A DNA stretch of 34,188 nucleotides from a virus (Duplodnaviria > Caudoviricetes): positions 1-34,188 of the IMG/VR virus record IMGVR_UViG_3300030376_001142. One strand, 5' to 3'. Of this stretch, positions 1-8,770 are shown piece after piece. The notes under the pieces were generated by a model. The model was given only the letters and a program-made list of their open reading frames with translations. It ran no database searches and had not been told where the DNA came from. Position 1 is the stretch's first letter; each line of letters opens with the position of its first letter. A program made the translations under genes and the position numbers.

Positions 1-92
1 GGCTCGACTCTGAGCAATTAAGACTTTTAAATTTATTAATTGAAGAAATTATAGACTTCGATAAACAACATTCTTTGCAAAATGGTTCTTTA
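1..92. repeat. Terminal overlap, left copy (same as 34097-34188): circular or circularly permuted assembly
   Basis: Positions 1-77 are identical to 34097-34173, 78-80 differ (CAA vs TCC) and 81-92 are identical again. Confidence 0.95.
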
Positions 93-158
93 GTTTTTGA
101 AATTTTGCTAGAAAAAATGATAATGGAAGTTAAGTTAAAAAACCATCAATCTTATTAA
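1..158 (+). CDS. 3' part of a 67-aa hypothetical early protein that spans the contig junction (starts at 34051)
   Basis: The frame from ATG 34051 (AAGGA upstream) continues across the overlap: MTKYDIITKTLKNYGRLDSEQ...KNHQSY, TAA at 156-158. Confidence 0.7.
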   Translation, partial: LDSEQLRLLNLLIEEIIDFDKQHSLQNGSLVFEILLEKMIMEVKLKNHQSY

Positions 159-179
159 CTTATTAAACGAGGAGCTGCT

Positions 180-398
180 ATGCAATATATAATTAAAACT
201 AATATTAAATTGACTTTGTTATTAATTAGTTTTTTTCTGTCAACGCTGATAATAGCTTTAGTATTTACCCAAATGCTGCCTATGTATTTACAATTGACTG
301 GATTAATAGCTTTATTGTTAAGTACTTTTGGTGGTTTTACATTAGCTTTAAGCTGCAAATATCTCTATGATTTAATTAATAAGGAGCTAAACAAATGA
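180..398 (+). CDS. Small membrane protein (2 TM)
   Basis: GGAGGAG SD, two hydrophobic stretches, ATGA overlap with the next gene. Confidence 0.7.
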   Translation: MQYIIKTNIKLTLLLISFFLSTLIIALVFTQMLPMYLQLTGLIALLLSTFGGFTLALSCKYLYDLINKELNK

Positions 399-610
399 GT
401 CTTCGTTGCTTATCTTGTAATACAATTTTAACAGAATATGAAAACACTCTAAAAACAACGTCGCATGAGTACGTTCAAATGTGTTCCAACTGTCTACCTT
501 CATCTATTGTTGTTTATGGCAACGAAGCATTGATAACCAATGAGGATTTAAGTTATAATTATGATGATGTTGGTTATCTTGATGACTCAGATATTAAGTT
601 TTTAAAGTAA
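395..610 (+). CDS. Small zinc-finger protein
   Basis: CLSC...CSNC motif, AAGGAG SD. Confidence 0.75.
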   Translation: MSLRCLSCNTILTEYENTLKTTSHEYVQMCSNCLPSSIVVYGNEALITNEDLSYNYDDVGYLDDSDIKFLK

Positions 611-627
611 CTAAGTATAAACACTTA

Positions 628-655
628 TAGACAGATTTTCATAAATGTGTATAAT
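628..655 (+). promoter_or_regulatory. Putative sigma70 promoter for the replication module
   Basis: TAGACA-16 nt-TATAAT in an intergenic gap. Confidence 0.5.
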
Positions 656-695
656 ACCTTTCTACAGAGCAGTTTTAACCACTTAAATTAAGAAA

Positions 696-917
696 GTGAT
701 AATTATGGATTACTCTCAATTATTTACAAATTTGAATAAAAATAACAACATAAACAATATAGACACAGAAGAGCTAGTCAATGGTTGGTTTGCAGAACAA
801 AAGCAAGACCAAGCATTTAAAGATTTACAACAAATAATGTTTTTAGTTGACTCTCTTAGCTCTAGTGGTCAAATGACATTAGACCAAATTATATCTAAAA
901 TTAAGGAGTCTCAATAA
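696..917 (+). CDS. Hypothetical protein (start may be ATG 705)
   Basis: ORF is coupled to the primase by a TAATG overlap. Confidence 0.6.
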   Translation: MIIMDYSQLFTNLNKNNNINNIDTEELVNGWFAEQKQDQAFKDLQQIMFLVDSLSSSGQMTLDQIISKIKESQ

Positions 918-2542
918 TGCCTAGTAAACTGTTAAGTTCTGGCAACCCTTGCGACAAATGTGGCTCTTCTGATGCTAGAGCATTATACGATGACGGGCAT
1001 GAGTATTGTTTCAGTTGTAACACTCATTTTCCAGCACCATCAGAAAAGCCATCAGAAGCTCTTAGACAGCCTTCTACTGCTGAAGTGTTGTCTATCAAGC
1101 CTAAAGTCATAAAAGACCCTTCAGGAGCTTCTCAGAGCCTCTCAGATAGGAATATTACCAAGTCTACTTGTGCCAAATATAATGTTACTGTTGATAGCTC
1201 TAATAAAATTATATTTCCTTATGGTAAATCAGTTTACAAAGTCAGAGATAAGTCTAAAAGGTTTTACTGGGTTGGGTCAGATTCAAAAGATACTGAAAGA
1301 TTGCCGCTGTTTGGCTCTGATAAATTTCTCCCAAGCTCTGCAAAATATTTATTGATCTCAGAAGGTGAGCTTGATTGTCTATCTTCTTTTCAAATGTCAA
1401 ATGGTGTAGGCGCTCACGTTTCTATCAGGGATGGTGCTGGCTCTGCTTTAAAGTGTTGCAAGGAAGCTTACGAGTATATAAACAGTTTTCCTAACATTGT
1501 TCTTGCATTTGACTCAGACAGACAAGGGCAAGATGCTATGCTTCAAGTAGCTGAGTTACTACCACCAAAAAAAGTTAAGCTGATGAAGTTTAGGGATGGT
1601 TTCAAAGATGCTAATGATTACCTTGTAGCAAATAAACAACAAGAGTTTATCAAAGACTTTTGGGCTGCACAGACTTTTATGCCAGATGGGATTATATCAG
1701 GCTCAACATTAAAAGACTTGGTGCTAGAACCATTAGAAAAATCAATAGCTTATTATCCTTTTGGTGGCTTAAATGATCTTACAGGCGGAGTAAGGTCAAG
1801 CGAATTAGTTACTGTATGTGCTGGATCAGGACTCGGAAAATCTTTATTTTTAAAAGAGATTATTTATAAGCTCTTAAAGAGTACCGAAGAAAACATAGGC
1901 TTATTGTTTTTAGAAGAATCAGTTAAACGTACTGCACTATCGCTGATGAGTTTAGATGCTAATAAACCACTACATTTATCAGAAACTGAAGCATCAGAAG
2001 AAGAAAAGAATCTTGCATTTGAGGCAACTCTAGGCACTAACAGGGTTTACTTGTTTGATTCGTTTGGATCAACATCTGTTGATAACATAGTCAACAGGGT
2101 AAGGTATATGGCAAAGGCTCTATCTTGTAAGTATGTCTTTTTAGATCACATATCAATCGTAGTATCAGACCAACAGCATGGAGATGAGAGAAGAGCTTTA
2201 GATGAGATTACAACTAGACTTAGAATGTTGGTACAAGAGTGTAATATAACTTTGTTTGCTGTTTCACACTTAAAACGACCTAGTGGTACAGGTCACGAAG
2301 ATGGAGCAGCTACATCTTTATCACAGCTTAGGGGCAGCGGTGCAATAGGTCAACTAAGTGATATGGTGCTTGGTCTGGAACGAGATAGTCAGAATGATGA
2401 CCCTGTTGAAAGACACACCACAAGAGTCAGAGTAGTTAAAAATAGATACTCAGGCTTGACAGGTAAGGCTTGTGCATTGTATTATAATCACAAGACAGGA
2501 CGCATGGAAGAAGTGATTGATGAGGACTTAGAAGAGAACTAA
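917..2542 (+). CDS. T7 gp4-like DNA primase-helicase
   Basis: Zn ribbon CDKCGSSD...YCFSC, TOPRIM EGELD/FDSD/KDAND, Walker A AGSGLGKS, LDHISI, SQLRGSGAIGQLSD, KNRYSG. Confidence 0.97.
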   Translation: MPSKLLSSGNPCDKCGSSDARALYDDGHEYCFSCNTHFPAPSEKPSEALRQPSTAEVLSIKPKVIKDPSGASQSLSDRNITKSTCAKYNVTVDSSNKIIFPYGKSVYKVRDKSKRFYWVGSDSKDTERLPLFGSDKFLPSSAKYLLISEGELDCLSSFQMSNGVGAHVSIRDGAGSALKCCKEAYEYINSFPNIVLAFDSDRQGQDAMLQVAELLPPKKVKLMKFRDGFKDANDYLVANKQQEFIKDFWAAQTFMPDGIISGSTLKDLVLEPLEKSIAYYPFGGLNDLTGGVRSSELVTVCAGSGLGKSLFLKEIIYKLLKSTEENIGLLFLEESVKRTALSLMSLDANKPLHLSETEASEEEKNLAFEATLGTNRVYLFDSFGSTSVDNIVNRVRYMAKALSCKYVFLDHISIVVSDQQHGDERRALDEITTRLRMLVQECNITLFAVSHLKRPSGTGHEDGAATSLSQLRGSGAIGQLSDMVLGLERDSQNDDPVERHTTRVRVVKNRYSGLTGKACALYYNHKTGRMEEVIDEDLEEN

Positions 2543-2555
2543 CAATATTTATTAT

Positions 2556-2640
2556 GGAAGGCAGCTGCATATAGGTGCAGATTACTCAAAAATATTTAAT
2601 GAGTGGTTAGTAAGAGTAGGTGAAAGACCTACCCCTTCCT
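2556..2640 (+). ncRNA. tRNA-like cloverleaf element (non-canonical, no CCA)
   Basis: Closing stem GGAAGG/CCTTCC encloses three hairpins: CTGCAT-ATAG-GTGCAG, TTACTCA-11 nt-TGAGTGG and GTAGG-TGAAAGA-CCTAC (5 bp stem, 7 nt loop). Confidence 0.6.
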
Positions 2641-2660
2641 TTCTTAACAAAGGAGAATTA

Positions 2661-3872
2661 ATGAACTACATATCAGTATGTTCAGGAATCGAGGCAGCTA
2701 CTGTAGCTTGGAATAAACTAGGGTGGAATCCCCTAGGTTTTTCTGAAATAGATAAGTTTCCGTCTGCTGTTCTGCAACACCATTACCCAAACGTGCCTAA
2801 CTTAGGTGACATGACTAAATACAAGGAGTGGAATATAAATGAATCAGTTGACCTTATTATCGGAGGAACACCCTGTCAATCTTTCTCAGTCGCAGGACTT
2901 AGAGGAGGCTTGGAAGATTCTAGAGGAAACCTCACACTTACCTTTGTTCAAATTCTCAATCATTTTAAGCCAAAATGGTTTATCTGGGAAAACGTGCCAG
3001 GAGTATTTTCCTCAAATAACGGAAGAGACTTTCACTCGTTCACACAAGGTATTCAAGCAATCGGGTATGGCATTGGATGGAGAGTACTTGATGCTCAATA
3101 CTTCGGACTCGCCCAAAGACGTAAAAGAGTCTTTGTTGTTGGAAATAATACAGGAAACCTCTCAAGTATCGCAGACGTATTATTTGAGCGAGAGAGCTTG
3201 TTTAGGAATCTTGAGGAGAGCAGACAAAAGAGGAAAAGTCCTACCAAAAAAACTGGAAAACGCTCTACTACAGACGACAAATGGCCTTCGAAAATAAGTA
3301 ATACACTTGAGGCTAGATACTTTAAGGATGGGGGTATAGATAATCAACATATTAACGCTAATTGTCCTAAGTTTATTCCTGTTACTGTTTATGAGAATCA
3401 TGGCACAGACTCTAGAGTCAAACCTTTAGGGGAAGTTAGCACAACTGTAACTGCTAGATGGGGTACAGGTGGTAACAATACGCCTTTAGTAAAAGAACCT
3501 ATTTTAGGTGGTCAACATCCCAATGCTGCGATTGGAGAGGAAGTAGCTCCAACTTTAACTAATGCTATGGGTTCAGGTGGAGGACATATACCATTAGTAG
3601 CCCCTAAGTCTGTTATTAGAAAACTGACCCCTGTCGAGTGTGAAAGATTACAAGGTTTTCCTGATAACTATACTCAGATACCTTGGAGAGGAAAAGAAAA
3701 TAAAGACTGCCCAAACGGACCTAGGTATAAAGCACTAGGCAATAGCATGGCTGTGCCTGTTATTCAATGGTTAGGCGAGAGAATAAAAGGTATTGATGCT
3801 AGGAGCAAGGTAAGATATGTAGGTAATGTTAATGCCGCAAGGCAAAAGTTTGTTACAACAAAGGAGAATTAA
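2661..3872 (+). CDS. DNA (cytosine-5)-methyltransferase (orphan)
   Basis: Motif I SVCSGIEA, IV GGTPCQSFS, VI WENVPG, VIII QRRKRVF, IX RKLTPVECERLQGFP, X YKALGNSM; AAGGAG SD. Confidence 0.96.
   Translation: MNYISVCSGIEAATVAWNKLGWNPLGFSEIDKFPSAVLQHHYPNVPNLGDMTKYKEWNINESVDLIIGGTPCQSFSVAGLRGGLEDSRGNLTLTFVQILNHFKPKWFIWENVPGVFSSNNGRDFHSFTQGIQAIGYGIGWRVLDAQYFGLAQRRKRVFVVGNNTGNLSSIADVLFERESLFRNLEESRQKRKSPTKKTGKRSTTDDKWPSKISNTLEARYFKDGGIDNQHINANCPKFIPVTVYENHGTDSRVKPLGEVSTTVTARWGTGGNNTPLVKEPILGGQHPNAAIGEEVAPTLTNAMGSGGGHIPLVAPKSVIRKLTPVECERLQGFPDNYTQIPWRGKENKDCPNGPRYKALGNSMAVPVIQWLGERIKGIDARSKVRYVGNVNAARQKFVTTKEN
2839..3297 (+). CDS. Nested +1-frame protein within the methyltransferase, resembling the M.EcoHK31I beta polypeptide
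   Basis: 152 codons open in an AT-rich genome, own SD (AAGGAG 2823-2828), segments NGLSGK, SGMALDGEYLMLNT and YYLSERACLGILRRADKRGKVLP. Confidence 0.7.
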   Translation: MNQLTLLSEEHPVNLSQSQDLEEAWKILEETSHLPLFKFSIILSQNGLSGKTCQEYFPQITEETFTRSHKVFKQSGMALDGEYLMLNTSDSPKDVKESLLLEIIQETSQVSQTYYLSERACLGILRRADKRGKVLPKKLENALLQTTNGLRK

Positions 3873-3874
3873 AA

Positions 3875-4189
3875 ATGTCTTATGAAGATGAATACCATGA
3901 TGAAGATATTAATGATGTTATCTATCACTTAGAGAATCAAGTGCATGATTTAAAACAATCATTAAAGTCAGCAGAAGTGGATGCTTCTTTTTTTGAGAAG
4001 AGTACACAACTGCTTTCCAAGGAAATTAAACAGTGGAAAATTACTGTTGCAAAATTACAACAAGCTAATGAAGCCTATGCTAAACTACTTGACATAGACG
4101 GAATTGTATGCAATAATGATTCTTCATTAGAAGAAAAGCTAGAGGAACTGCTAAACTATGAAAAAACTAATAAACCACAGCGTCACTGA
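3875..4189 (+). CDS. Hypothetical coiled-coil protein
   Basis: AAGGAG SD; acidic, heptad-like sequence. Confidence 0.75.
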   Translation: MSYEDEYHDEDINDVIYHLENQVHDLKQSLKSAEVDASFFEKSTQLLSKEIKQWKITVAKLQQANEAYAKLLDIDGIVCNNDSSLEEKLEELLNYEKTNKPQRH

Positions 4190-4370
4190 AAATAACAATG
4201 GTGTTAAAACACATTATGTTCTTTTTGATGACGGCACAATTTACTCAAGGCTAGAAACAAATGAAAGATGGCAAGAAGAAAGATCAGTTGATGTTCCTGG
4301 ATATAGAGACAACAATGGATCACTCAAGAATACATCTAGTAGTAACAAAAAATCAACAGGGAAAAGTTGA
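4158..4370 (+). CDS. Small hypothetical protein overlapping the polymerase start
   Basis: GAGGA upstream; fills the gap before the polymerase; LFDDGTIY...W pattern looks protein-like. Confidence 0.5.
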   Translation: MKKLINHSVTENNNGVKTHYVLFDDGTIYSRLETNERWQEERSVDVPGYRDNNGSLKNTSSSNKKSTGKS

Positions 4371-5910
4371 ATGTCACAGAAACGTGGAAAGTCTAAACCA
4401 ATCAATAAAGGGCAAAACATTAATAGCTCACAATGGCATAGGTTTCGATTTTCCAGTTTTAAACAAACTATGGAACACAAAGATAAGATTGAACCAAGTT
4501 TTGGACACATTAGTTCTATCAAGATTGATGAACCCACAGAGGAAACACAGTTTAGCTGCTTGGGGAGAAACACTAAAGTTTCCAAAGACTGATTTTAAAG
4601 AGTTTGACGAGTACTCAGAAGAGATGAAACAATACTGTATTAATGATGTAGAAGTATTAGAGAAAGTTTATCAAGAACTAGAAAAAGAAAGGACAGACTA
4701 TGGATTTTCTCAAGAATGTATTAACCTCGAACATGAGGTTGCTTCAATCGTTTCAAGACAAGTCAGCAGAGGTTTTAGGATTGACTTACAGAAATGCAAG
4801 GAACTGGTGGAACGATTACGCGCAAGAATGGAAAACCTCGAAAAACAGCTTCAACAATCCTTTCGACCCATCATCACAGAAAGGTTCTCAGAAAAAACAG
4901 GGAAAAGATTAAAAGATGACATTGAAATATTCAATCCAGCATCAAGACAGCAGATTGCCAAAAGACTTACAGCACTTGGATGGAATCCCAAGAAGTTTAC
5001 AGACAAAGGTGCAGTCATTGTTGATGAATCAGTTTTGGGATCAGTTGATATTCCAGAAGCAAAACTCATCTGCGAATACTTACTCCTTCAGAAAAGGTTG
5101 GCTCAATCTGAATCATGGATTAAGTATACAAATGACAGATCAAGGGTTTGTGGTAAGGTCATTACCAACGGAGCAGTCACAGGTAGAATGACACACCACA
5201 GCCCTAATCTAGCTCAAGTGCCTTCAGTATCAGCACCATATGGTGCAGAGTGTAGGGAACTATGGACTGTTGATCCTGGTCATAAGTTAGTTGGTATTGA
5301 TGCTTCAGGGTTGGAACTGAGAATGTTGGCACATTATATGAATGATGATAACTACACTAAGGAGATTTTAGACGGAGATATACACAGTAAGAACCAGCAA
5401 GCTGCTGGACTTGACACTAGAGCCAAAGCTAAAACTTTTATATATGCTTTTCTCTATGGTGCTTCAGCTAGAAAGATAGGTACAATGGTGCAAAGTGACG
5501 GACAAGAAACCATAGATAAATTTATGGAGAATGTGCCGGCACTAGCAAAGTTAAAAAAACGTATTGAAAAGACTATGCAACAAACACCAACATTACCTAG
5601 TTTAGATGGTAGAAGATTACACGTTAGGTCGGCACACTCAGCATTAAATACACTGCTTCAAGGGGCTGGTGCAGTTGTTATGAAGAAAGCACTAATAATA
5701 TTTAACAAGTATATAAAGACTTATCAGTTAGACGCACACTTTGTAGCAAACGTACATGATGAATGGCAAGTAGAAGCTAGTGTTGATGATGCAGAGCTAG
5801 TAGGACAGTTAGGAGTTAAAGCTATTGTAGAAGCAGGTAAAGCATTAAATCTTAATTGTCCTTTAGATGGTGAATATAAAGTAGGTAGTAATTGGAAAGA
5901 AACTCATTAA
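4261..5910 (+). CDS. polA: Family A DNA polymerase with 3'-5' exonuclease (start may be ATG 4291)
   Basis: Exo motifs FLDIET, HNGIGFD and YCINDV; motif A DASGLELR, motif B RAKAKTFIYAFLYG (Tyr at the 762-equivalent, T7-like), motif C VHDEW. Confidence 0.97.
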   Translation: MKDGKKKDQLMFLDIETTMDHSRIHLVVTKNQQGKVECHRNVESLNQSIKGKTLIAHNGIGFDFPVLNKLWNTKIRLNQVLDTLVLSRLMNPQRKHSLAAWGETLKFPKTDFKEFDEYSEEMKQYCINDVEVLEKVYQELEKERTDYGFSQECINLEHEVASIVSRQVSRGFRIDLQKCKELVERLRARMENLEKQLQQSFRPIITERFSEKTGKRLKDDIEIFNPASRQQIAKRLTALGWNPKKFTDKGAVIVDESVLGSVDIPEAKLICEYLLLQKRLAQSESWIKYTNDRSRVCGKVITNGAVTGRMTHHSPNLAQVPSVSAPYGAECRELWTVDPGHKLVGIDASGLELRMLAHYMNDDNYTKEILDGDIHSKNQQAAGLDTRAKAKTFIYAFLYGASARKIGTMVQSDGQETIDKFMENVPALAKLKKRIEKTMQQTPTLPSLDGRRLHVRSAHSALNTLLQGAGAVVMKKALIIFNKYIKTYQLDAHFVANVHDEWQVEASVDDAELVGQLGVKAIVEAGKALNLNCPLDGEYKVGSNWKETH

Positions 5911-5919
5911 GGAGAAACT

Positions 5920-6336
5920 ATGGAAGTAGCTAAACCAGTTAAGATCAAAGCCAACATTATGTGGTGTTTTCATAACAAGATTAATGCTATGGCAGAGAAA
6001 TACACAGTTGACTTGTGCAACTTATCAGAACCAGCAGTAAAAGCTCTTGAGAAGGTAGGGCTATCAGTTAACAACAAAGCTGATAAGCCAGAAAAGGGTG
6101 ATTTTATTGTTTGTAAAAGTAAAAGACCTATCAAGGTAATAGACTCAGAGGGTAATGATTTATCTGATATTGCTATAGGTAATGGTTCTGTTGCAGTTGC
6201 TATAGTAAGCTATTATGATTGGGAAGGTAAGTTTGGTAAGGGAAGATCGCCTAGTTTGCGTAGACTCGTTATAGACAAGCTAGTAGCCTATGAAGAGCCT
6301 AATGATGGTGAAGAAGATGATGGAGATGTTCTCTAA
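5920..6336 (+). CDS. Probable single-stranded DNA-binding protein (T7 gp2.5-like)
   Basis: Lies between polymerase and exonuclease; IGNGS motif; acidic C-terminal tail EEPNDGEEDDGDVL. Confidence 0.7.
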   Translation: MEVAKPVKIKANIMWCFHNKINAMAEKYTVDLCNLSEPAVKALEKVGLSVNNKADKPEKGDFIVCKSKRPIKVIDSEGNDLSDIAIGNGSVAVAIVSYYDWEGKFGKGRSPSLRRLVIDKLVAYEEPNDGEEDDGDVL

Positions 6337-7022
6337 TGATTGCTATAGTTGATGGTGATATCCTAGCCTATAAAATAGGGTTTGGTTGTGAAGATTATAA
6401 GCAAGAATACGCCATCAACAAATTAGCAGAATATTTAGAGGAGTTAGTGTTTATAAATGCCAACTGTGATGATGCAGTTGGCTACCTAACTGGTAGTAAT
6501 AATTATAGAGACAAGATAGCTAAGACACAAAGCTACAAAGGACACAGAAAGTCAGGTAAGCCTAAACACTTACCTATACTTAGAGAATACATGGAAAAAG
6601 CATGGGGATTTGAAGTACAGGAGAACCAAGAAGCTGATGACGCCATAGGGATAAAAGCATATGAGATGAATGAACAAGATTATGTTATATGCACTATTGA
6701 TAAAGATTTAGATAATATTAGAGGTTGGCACTATAACTTTCAAAGAAACGATCTTTATTATCTATCAGAGAAAGAAACAATAAAACATTTCTATAAACAA
6801 TTATTAACAGGAGACAGAACAGATAACATTCCCGGATTAAAAGGTATTGGAGATAAAAGAGCAGAAAAGATACTTACAGACTTAGAAGATGAAAAAGATT
6901 TATATAACGCAGTATTAGAAGAATACAAATACAATAGAGAATACTTACTAGAACAAGGACAGTTATTGTGGATAAGAAAGAAAAAAGACCAAATGTGGAC
7001 TCTACCAGAGTATATAGAATAG
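6336..7022 (+). CDS. 5'-3' exonuclease (T7 gp6/FEN-like)
   Basis: IVDGD, YKGHR, EADDAIG, IDKDL, GDRTDNIPGLKGIG. Confidence 0.95.
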   Translation: MIAIVDGDILAYKIGFGCEDYKQEYAINKLAEYLEELVFINANCDDAVGYLTGSNNYRDKIAKTQSYKGHRKSGKPKHLPILREYMEKAWGFEVQENQEADDAIGIKAYEMNEQDYVICTIDKDLDNIRGWHYNFQRNDLYYLSEKETIKHFYKQLLTGDRTDNIPGLKGIGDKRAEKILTDLEDEKDLYNAVLEEYKYNREYLLEQGQLLWIRKKKDQMWTLPEYIE

Positions 7023-7306
7023 TTTGGCAAGATGCTGTAGCAGATTGTGGTTGGGAAGAGACAGCCACAGCAGAAACGCATAAATGTATTACAGTTGGTT
7101 ATGTAGTAGATGAAAATAAAGAAGCTATTTGTATTGCTTCTACAATATCAATAGATCACTCTAATACTCGTATGCACATTCCTAAGAAATGGATAACTAA
7201 AAAAGAGGTTATATATTTTGAAAACCAGCAGCAGAAAGAACAAGGGAAGAATGTTACAACAGTGGGTGAGGGATCAGATAATATCGAAATTACATTTACA
7301 GACTGA
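6968..7306 (+). CDS. Hypothetical protein (start may be slightly downstream)
   Basis: Fills the gap; VWQDA...GW...TVGY...IP pattern seen in small phage proteins. Confidence 0.65.
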   Translation: MDKKEKRPNVDSTRVYRIVWQDAVADCGWEETATAETHKCITVGYVVDENKEAICIASTISIDHSNTRMHIPKKWITKKEVIYFENQQQKEQGKNVTTVGEGSDNIEITFTD

Positions 7307-7559
7307 CGATGTTAGGTCAACATCTATGGGTTGTGGTGGCGAAGATGTGCTATTAAGTCCTACAGCAAGAGAGAAAGCTAATATATCTATTGAATGTAAG
7401 TCAAGACAAAAGGTAGCAGTATATGGTTTTTATGAGCAAGCAAGCACTAACTGTAGAGGAGCAGAACCAGTAGTGATAGTCAAACAAAACAGAAGCAAGC
7501 CTTTAGCTATTGTTGATGCTGAATATTATTTTAAACTTTTGGGAAAGGTTAACCATTGA
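7218..7559 (+). CDS. PD-(D/E)XK endonuclease, probable Holliday-junction resolvase
   Basis: KGRMLQQWVRD, GEDV, SIECK; TTG start with GAGGT SD. Confidence 0.85.
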   Translation: MKTSSRKNKGRMLQQWVRDQIISKLHLQTDDVRSTSMGCGGEDVLLSPTAREKANISIECKSRQKVAVYGFYEQASTNCRGAEPVVIVKQNRSKPLAIVDAEYYFKLLGKVNH

Positions 7560-8326
7560 AACATTTAATTATACCCGACACTCAAGTAAAACCAGGTGTT
7601 GATTTATCTTACTTGGAGTGGATTGGACAATATATAGTAGAGAAGAAGCCAGATGTTTTAATTCAGATTGGCGACTTTGCAGATATGCCATCACTATCAA
7701 GCTATGATGTTGGTAAAAAGTCGTTTGAAGGTAGAAGATATAAAGACGATATTAAAGCAGCAGTTAAAGGTATGAATATTTTATTAGCACCTTTGAGGGA
7801 TTACAATGAAAAATGTAAAAAAGATAAGAAGAAACAATATAGACCCAGAATGGTTCTCACGCTTGGCAATCACGAAAACAGAATTGACAGAGCAACAGAG
7901 GGAGACCCTAAACTCTACGGCACTATTGGTATTGATGATCTCAGATACGCAGAAGCTGGTTGGGAGGTGTTTGATTTCCTTGATCCTGTTATTATTGATG
8001 GTGTGGTTTACTCTCATTACCTAGTTAGCGGTGTTATGGGTAGACCGATAGGATCAGCTTCATGTATGATTTCTAAGACTCACCAGAGTTGTGTTGTAGG
8101 ACACCAACAAGGCAGACAAGTGGCATATGGCAGAAGGGCAGACGGATCAGCTATTACTTGTATCATTGCTGGTTCTTGTTATTTACACAATGAAGAATAC
8201 ATGGGTAATCAAGGTAATAATCATTGGAGAGGTTTAGTAGTATTACATGAAGTAAAAGATGGACAGTTTGATGAAATGTTTGTTAGCTTAGATTATTTAA
8301 GGAAAAAATATGCTTATAAAAGATGA
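7556..8326 (+). CDS. Calcineurin-like metallophosphoesterase
   Basis: PDTQ, IGDFAD, LGNHE, YSHY, VGHQ motifs. Confidence 0.9.
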   Translation: MKHLIIPDTQVKPGVDLSYLEWIGQYIVEKKPDVLIQIGDFADMPSLSSYDVGKKSFEGRRYKDDIKAAVKGMNILLAPLRDYNEKCKKDKKKQYRPRMVLTLGNHENRIDRATEGDPKLYGTIGIDDLRYAEAGWEVFDFLDPVIIDGVVYSHYLVSGVMGRPIGSASCMISKTHQSCVVGHQQGRQVAYGRRADGSAITCIIAGSCYLHNEEYMGNQGNNHWRGLVVLHEVKDGQFDEMFVSLDYLRKKYAYKR

Positions 8327-8609
8327 AATAAAAAAGTGGGAAAAACAGAAAGACCCTTTATGGGAAGATATGGACAATGTTAATCACCCACCACACTATA
8401 ACAGTGGGAACATAGAAACAATAGACTATATAGTAGATGTGTTAGGTAAGTATGAGGCTATATCATACTGTCAAGGTAACGTAATTAAGTACACAGGTTC
8501 TAGGTTGTTTAGTAAAGGTAAGCCTATTGAAGATGCTAAGAAAGCAAGATGGTATCTTGATAAGATGATAAAGTTGCTAGAAGAAACTAAAGGTATTAAC
8601 TGGAGTTAA
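8310..8609 (+). CDS. DUF3310 / T7 gp1.7-like nucleotide kinase family protein
   Basis: DNVNHPPHY, IETIDYI, GNVIKY, EDAKKARWYL. Confidence 0.85.
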   Translation: MLIKDEIKKWEKQKDPLWEDMDNVNHPPHYNSGNIETIDYIVDVLGKYEAISYCQGNVIKYTGSRLFSKGKPIEDAKKARWYLDKMIKLLEETKGINWS

Positions 8610-8611
8610 TT

Positions 8612-8770
8612 ATGGCATTGACAATTAGAGATATTTGTGATAAGCTCTATCAACTTGATGAGATAACATTATTAGAAGTATTAGATATAACATCAGAAGA
8701 AATAGTAGATAGATTTTTAGATAAAGTAGAAGATAAAGCAGACCAATTAGAAGAGGATTTAACTGAATGA
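8612..8770 (+). CDS. Small acidic protein (52 aa, not in ORF track)
   Basis: MALTIRDICDKLYQLDEITLLEVLDITSEEIVDRF...; GGAG SD; ATGA overlap with the RNR. Confidence 0.75.
   Translation: MALTIRDICDKLYQLDEITLLEVLDITSEEIVDRFLDKVEDKADQLEEDLTE

Noticed and set aside
2556-2640. Functional tRNA-Sec or SAM riboswitch
   Set aside because: No UCA anticodon, TTC loop, long variable arm or CCA, and no SAM/SAH riboswitch core recognised.
4371-5191. Short alternative-frame ORFs inside polA (4371, 4700, 4916) and in other replication genes
   Set aside because: Short, without SD or recognisable motifs, unlike the nested ORF in the methyltransferase.
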